A stretch of 64,000 nucleotides of DNA from Puccinia triticina (taxonomy: Eukaryota), in the NCBI GenBank assembly GCA_026914245.1, contig CP110439.1, forward strand, positions 1,426,001 through 1,490,000. Direction: 5' to 3'. This document shows, piece by piece, positions 62,961 through 64,000 of this stretch. Every line of letters begins with the position of its first letter. The first letter of the stretch is position 1. The position numbers and the translations under genes are program-made. Below the pieces are notes generated by a model. That model did not search any database. It was not told the origin of the DNA and saw nothing but the letters and a program-made list of their open reading frames with translations.

Positions 62961-64000
62961 CTACACTAACAGCTATGGTTAGCGTAGCTGACCCACTTTT
63001 GGGCCTTTTCAAACTCATCTGGGGCCTTTGGGCCCCAGAAAAGCTTGCATTGAGCCATTATTCAAATTTATCCAAATATTTGAGCTCAAATTTGCCCGGG
63101 AATTATTTGACTCAAATTTAATACAAATACAAATACTCAAATCAATTTGATTTGATGTGCTAGTCTTTGTTTCCAGGTCAATTTAGGCCTTTTCAGTAAC
63201 CCGCCAAACTACAACAACAGGAATCCTTGCAATTTAAACCTATTTCTAGATTCTTCTTTCAAACCCTTTATTGAGTTGATTTGCTCATGTAAAAATTGTT
63301 CAACCTTTTCCTCCACTCACACAATATTATACTTTTCCTCAACACTGATTCATTGGTTATTTCAAAATCATCTGATGTCCCCAAATAAAATGGTTTCACT
63401 TATTACATCATATTTTTTCAGTGGCTGTGAGGGAGACTTCAAAACAGTGTCTGAATTAAACCTGATCTTAATGCACAGTCTGAGACAAGCAGCGGCGAAG
63501 CCGCCCTAAAAGTTTAGTTGTATTTATTGCAACATTGATGCAGGCTAGTTGTAGTTCAAATTTTGTGACCATTGAAATTCAGTATTACATCAAACTGATA
63601 CTTTGATAAATATCTTTCACAGCCAATGATTTATGGCAGGACAGCAACAAGATAGAGCTTATTACCTTAAGTGGTGATGGCAAAAACTACATCACTGCTA
63701 CAAAATAACTGTCAGCAGATTACATCTTGTACACTGACTTGTCTCATTATCACCAAACAAATGTATGCTGTGGATCTCCATTAAAAAGTGACTAGAGGAC
63801 AAGGCGGCTTTGCCGCTGCAGGTTTATGGTCCACCCTCACAGCTGAGTGCTGCATATAAATTACTCTATTTAGGTTGTGATGGATAATCACTTTACCATA
63901 AGTTCCACCTTGACCAAATGCATATTCATCAAATCAGCCTTCATGCCTAGTTCATTATGCTTTAATTAAATATGATTGAGCTAATCTCTCTGCATTTGAG

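Noticed and set aside
63489..63819. 17-bp inverted pair GCAGCGGCGAAGCCGCC / GGCGGCTTTGCCGCTGC as a MITE
   Set aside because: Short, and no TSD found; not enough to call an element.

Overview
Repeat-dense eukaryotic DNA with GT-AG introns and strong CpG decay. The gene families suggest a basidiomycete, probably a rust fungus (inference). I found no ordinary intact housekeeping gene. 1-27 kb: two long Ty3/Gypsy retrotransposons (a decayed + strand copy and a near-intact - strand copy at 15625-26338) and several solo LTRs, nested in a decayed Mutator-like transposase gene that has a USP-peptidase-like tail. 27-48.5 kb: a putative ~21 kb cargo-carrying DNA transposon bracketed by inverted AGCT-rich arrays. 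It holds an HMG-like gene, a TET/JBP dioxygenase apparently fused by splicing to an unknown helical protein, captured BTB and UFD4/TRIP12 fragments, and a CxC1-KDZ transposase. 48.5-64 kb: a paralog of the helical protein, two paralogous orphan ORFs, a CACTG-ended MITE, a kelch pseudogene, a second TET/JBP gene and more repeats. Main observations: (1) all scorable insertions of the TGTGG/CCACA-ended long-LTR group have 4-bp CpG-centred target sites (NCGN); (2) the near-intact Gypsy is almost CpG-free except for a CpG island before an antisense spliced gene; (3) three diverged short LTRs share a hairpin / splice donor / duplicated-motif architecture; (4) the TET fusion. All calls are by-eye motif recognition; no searches were run.
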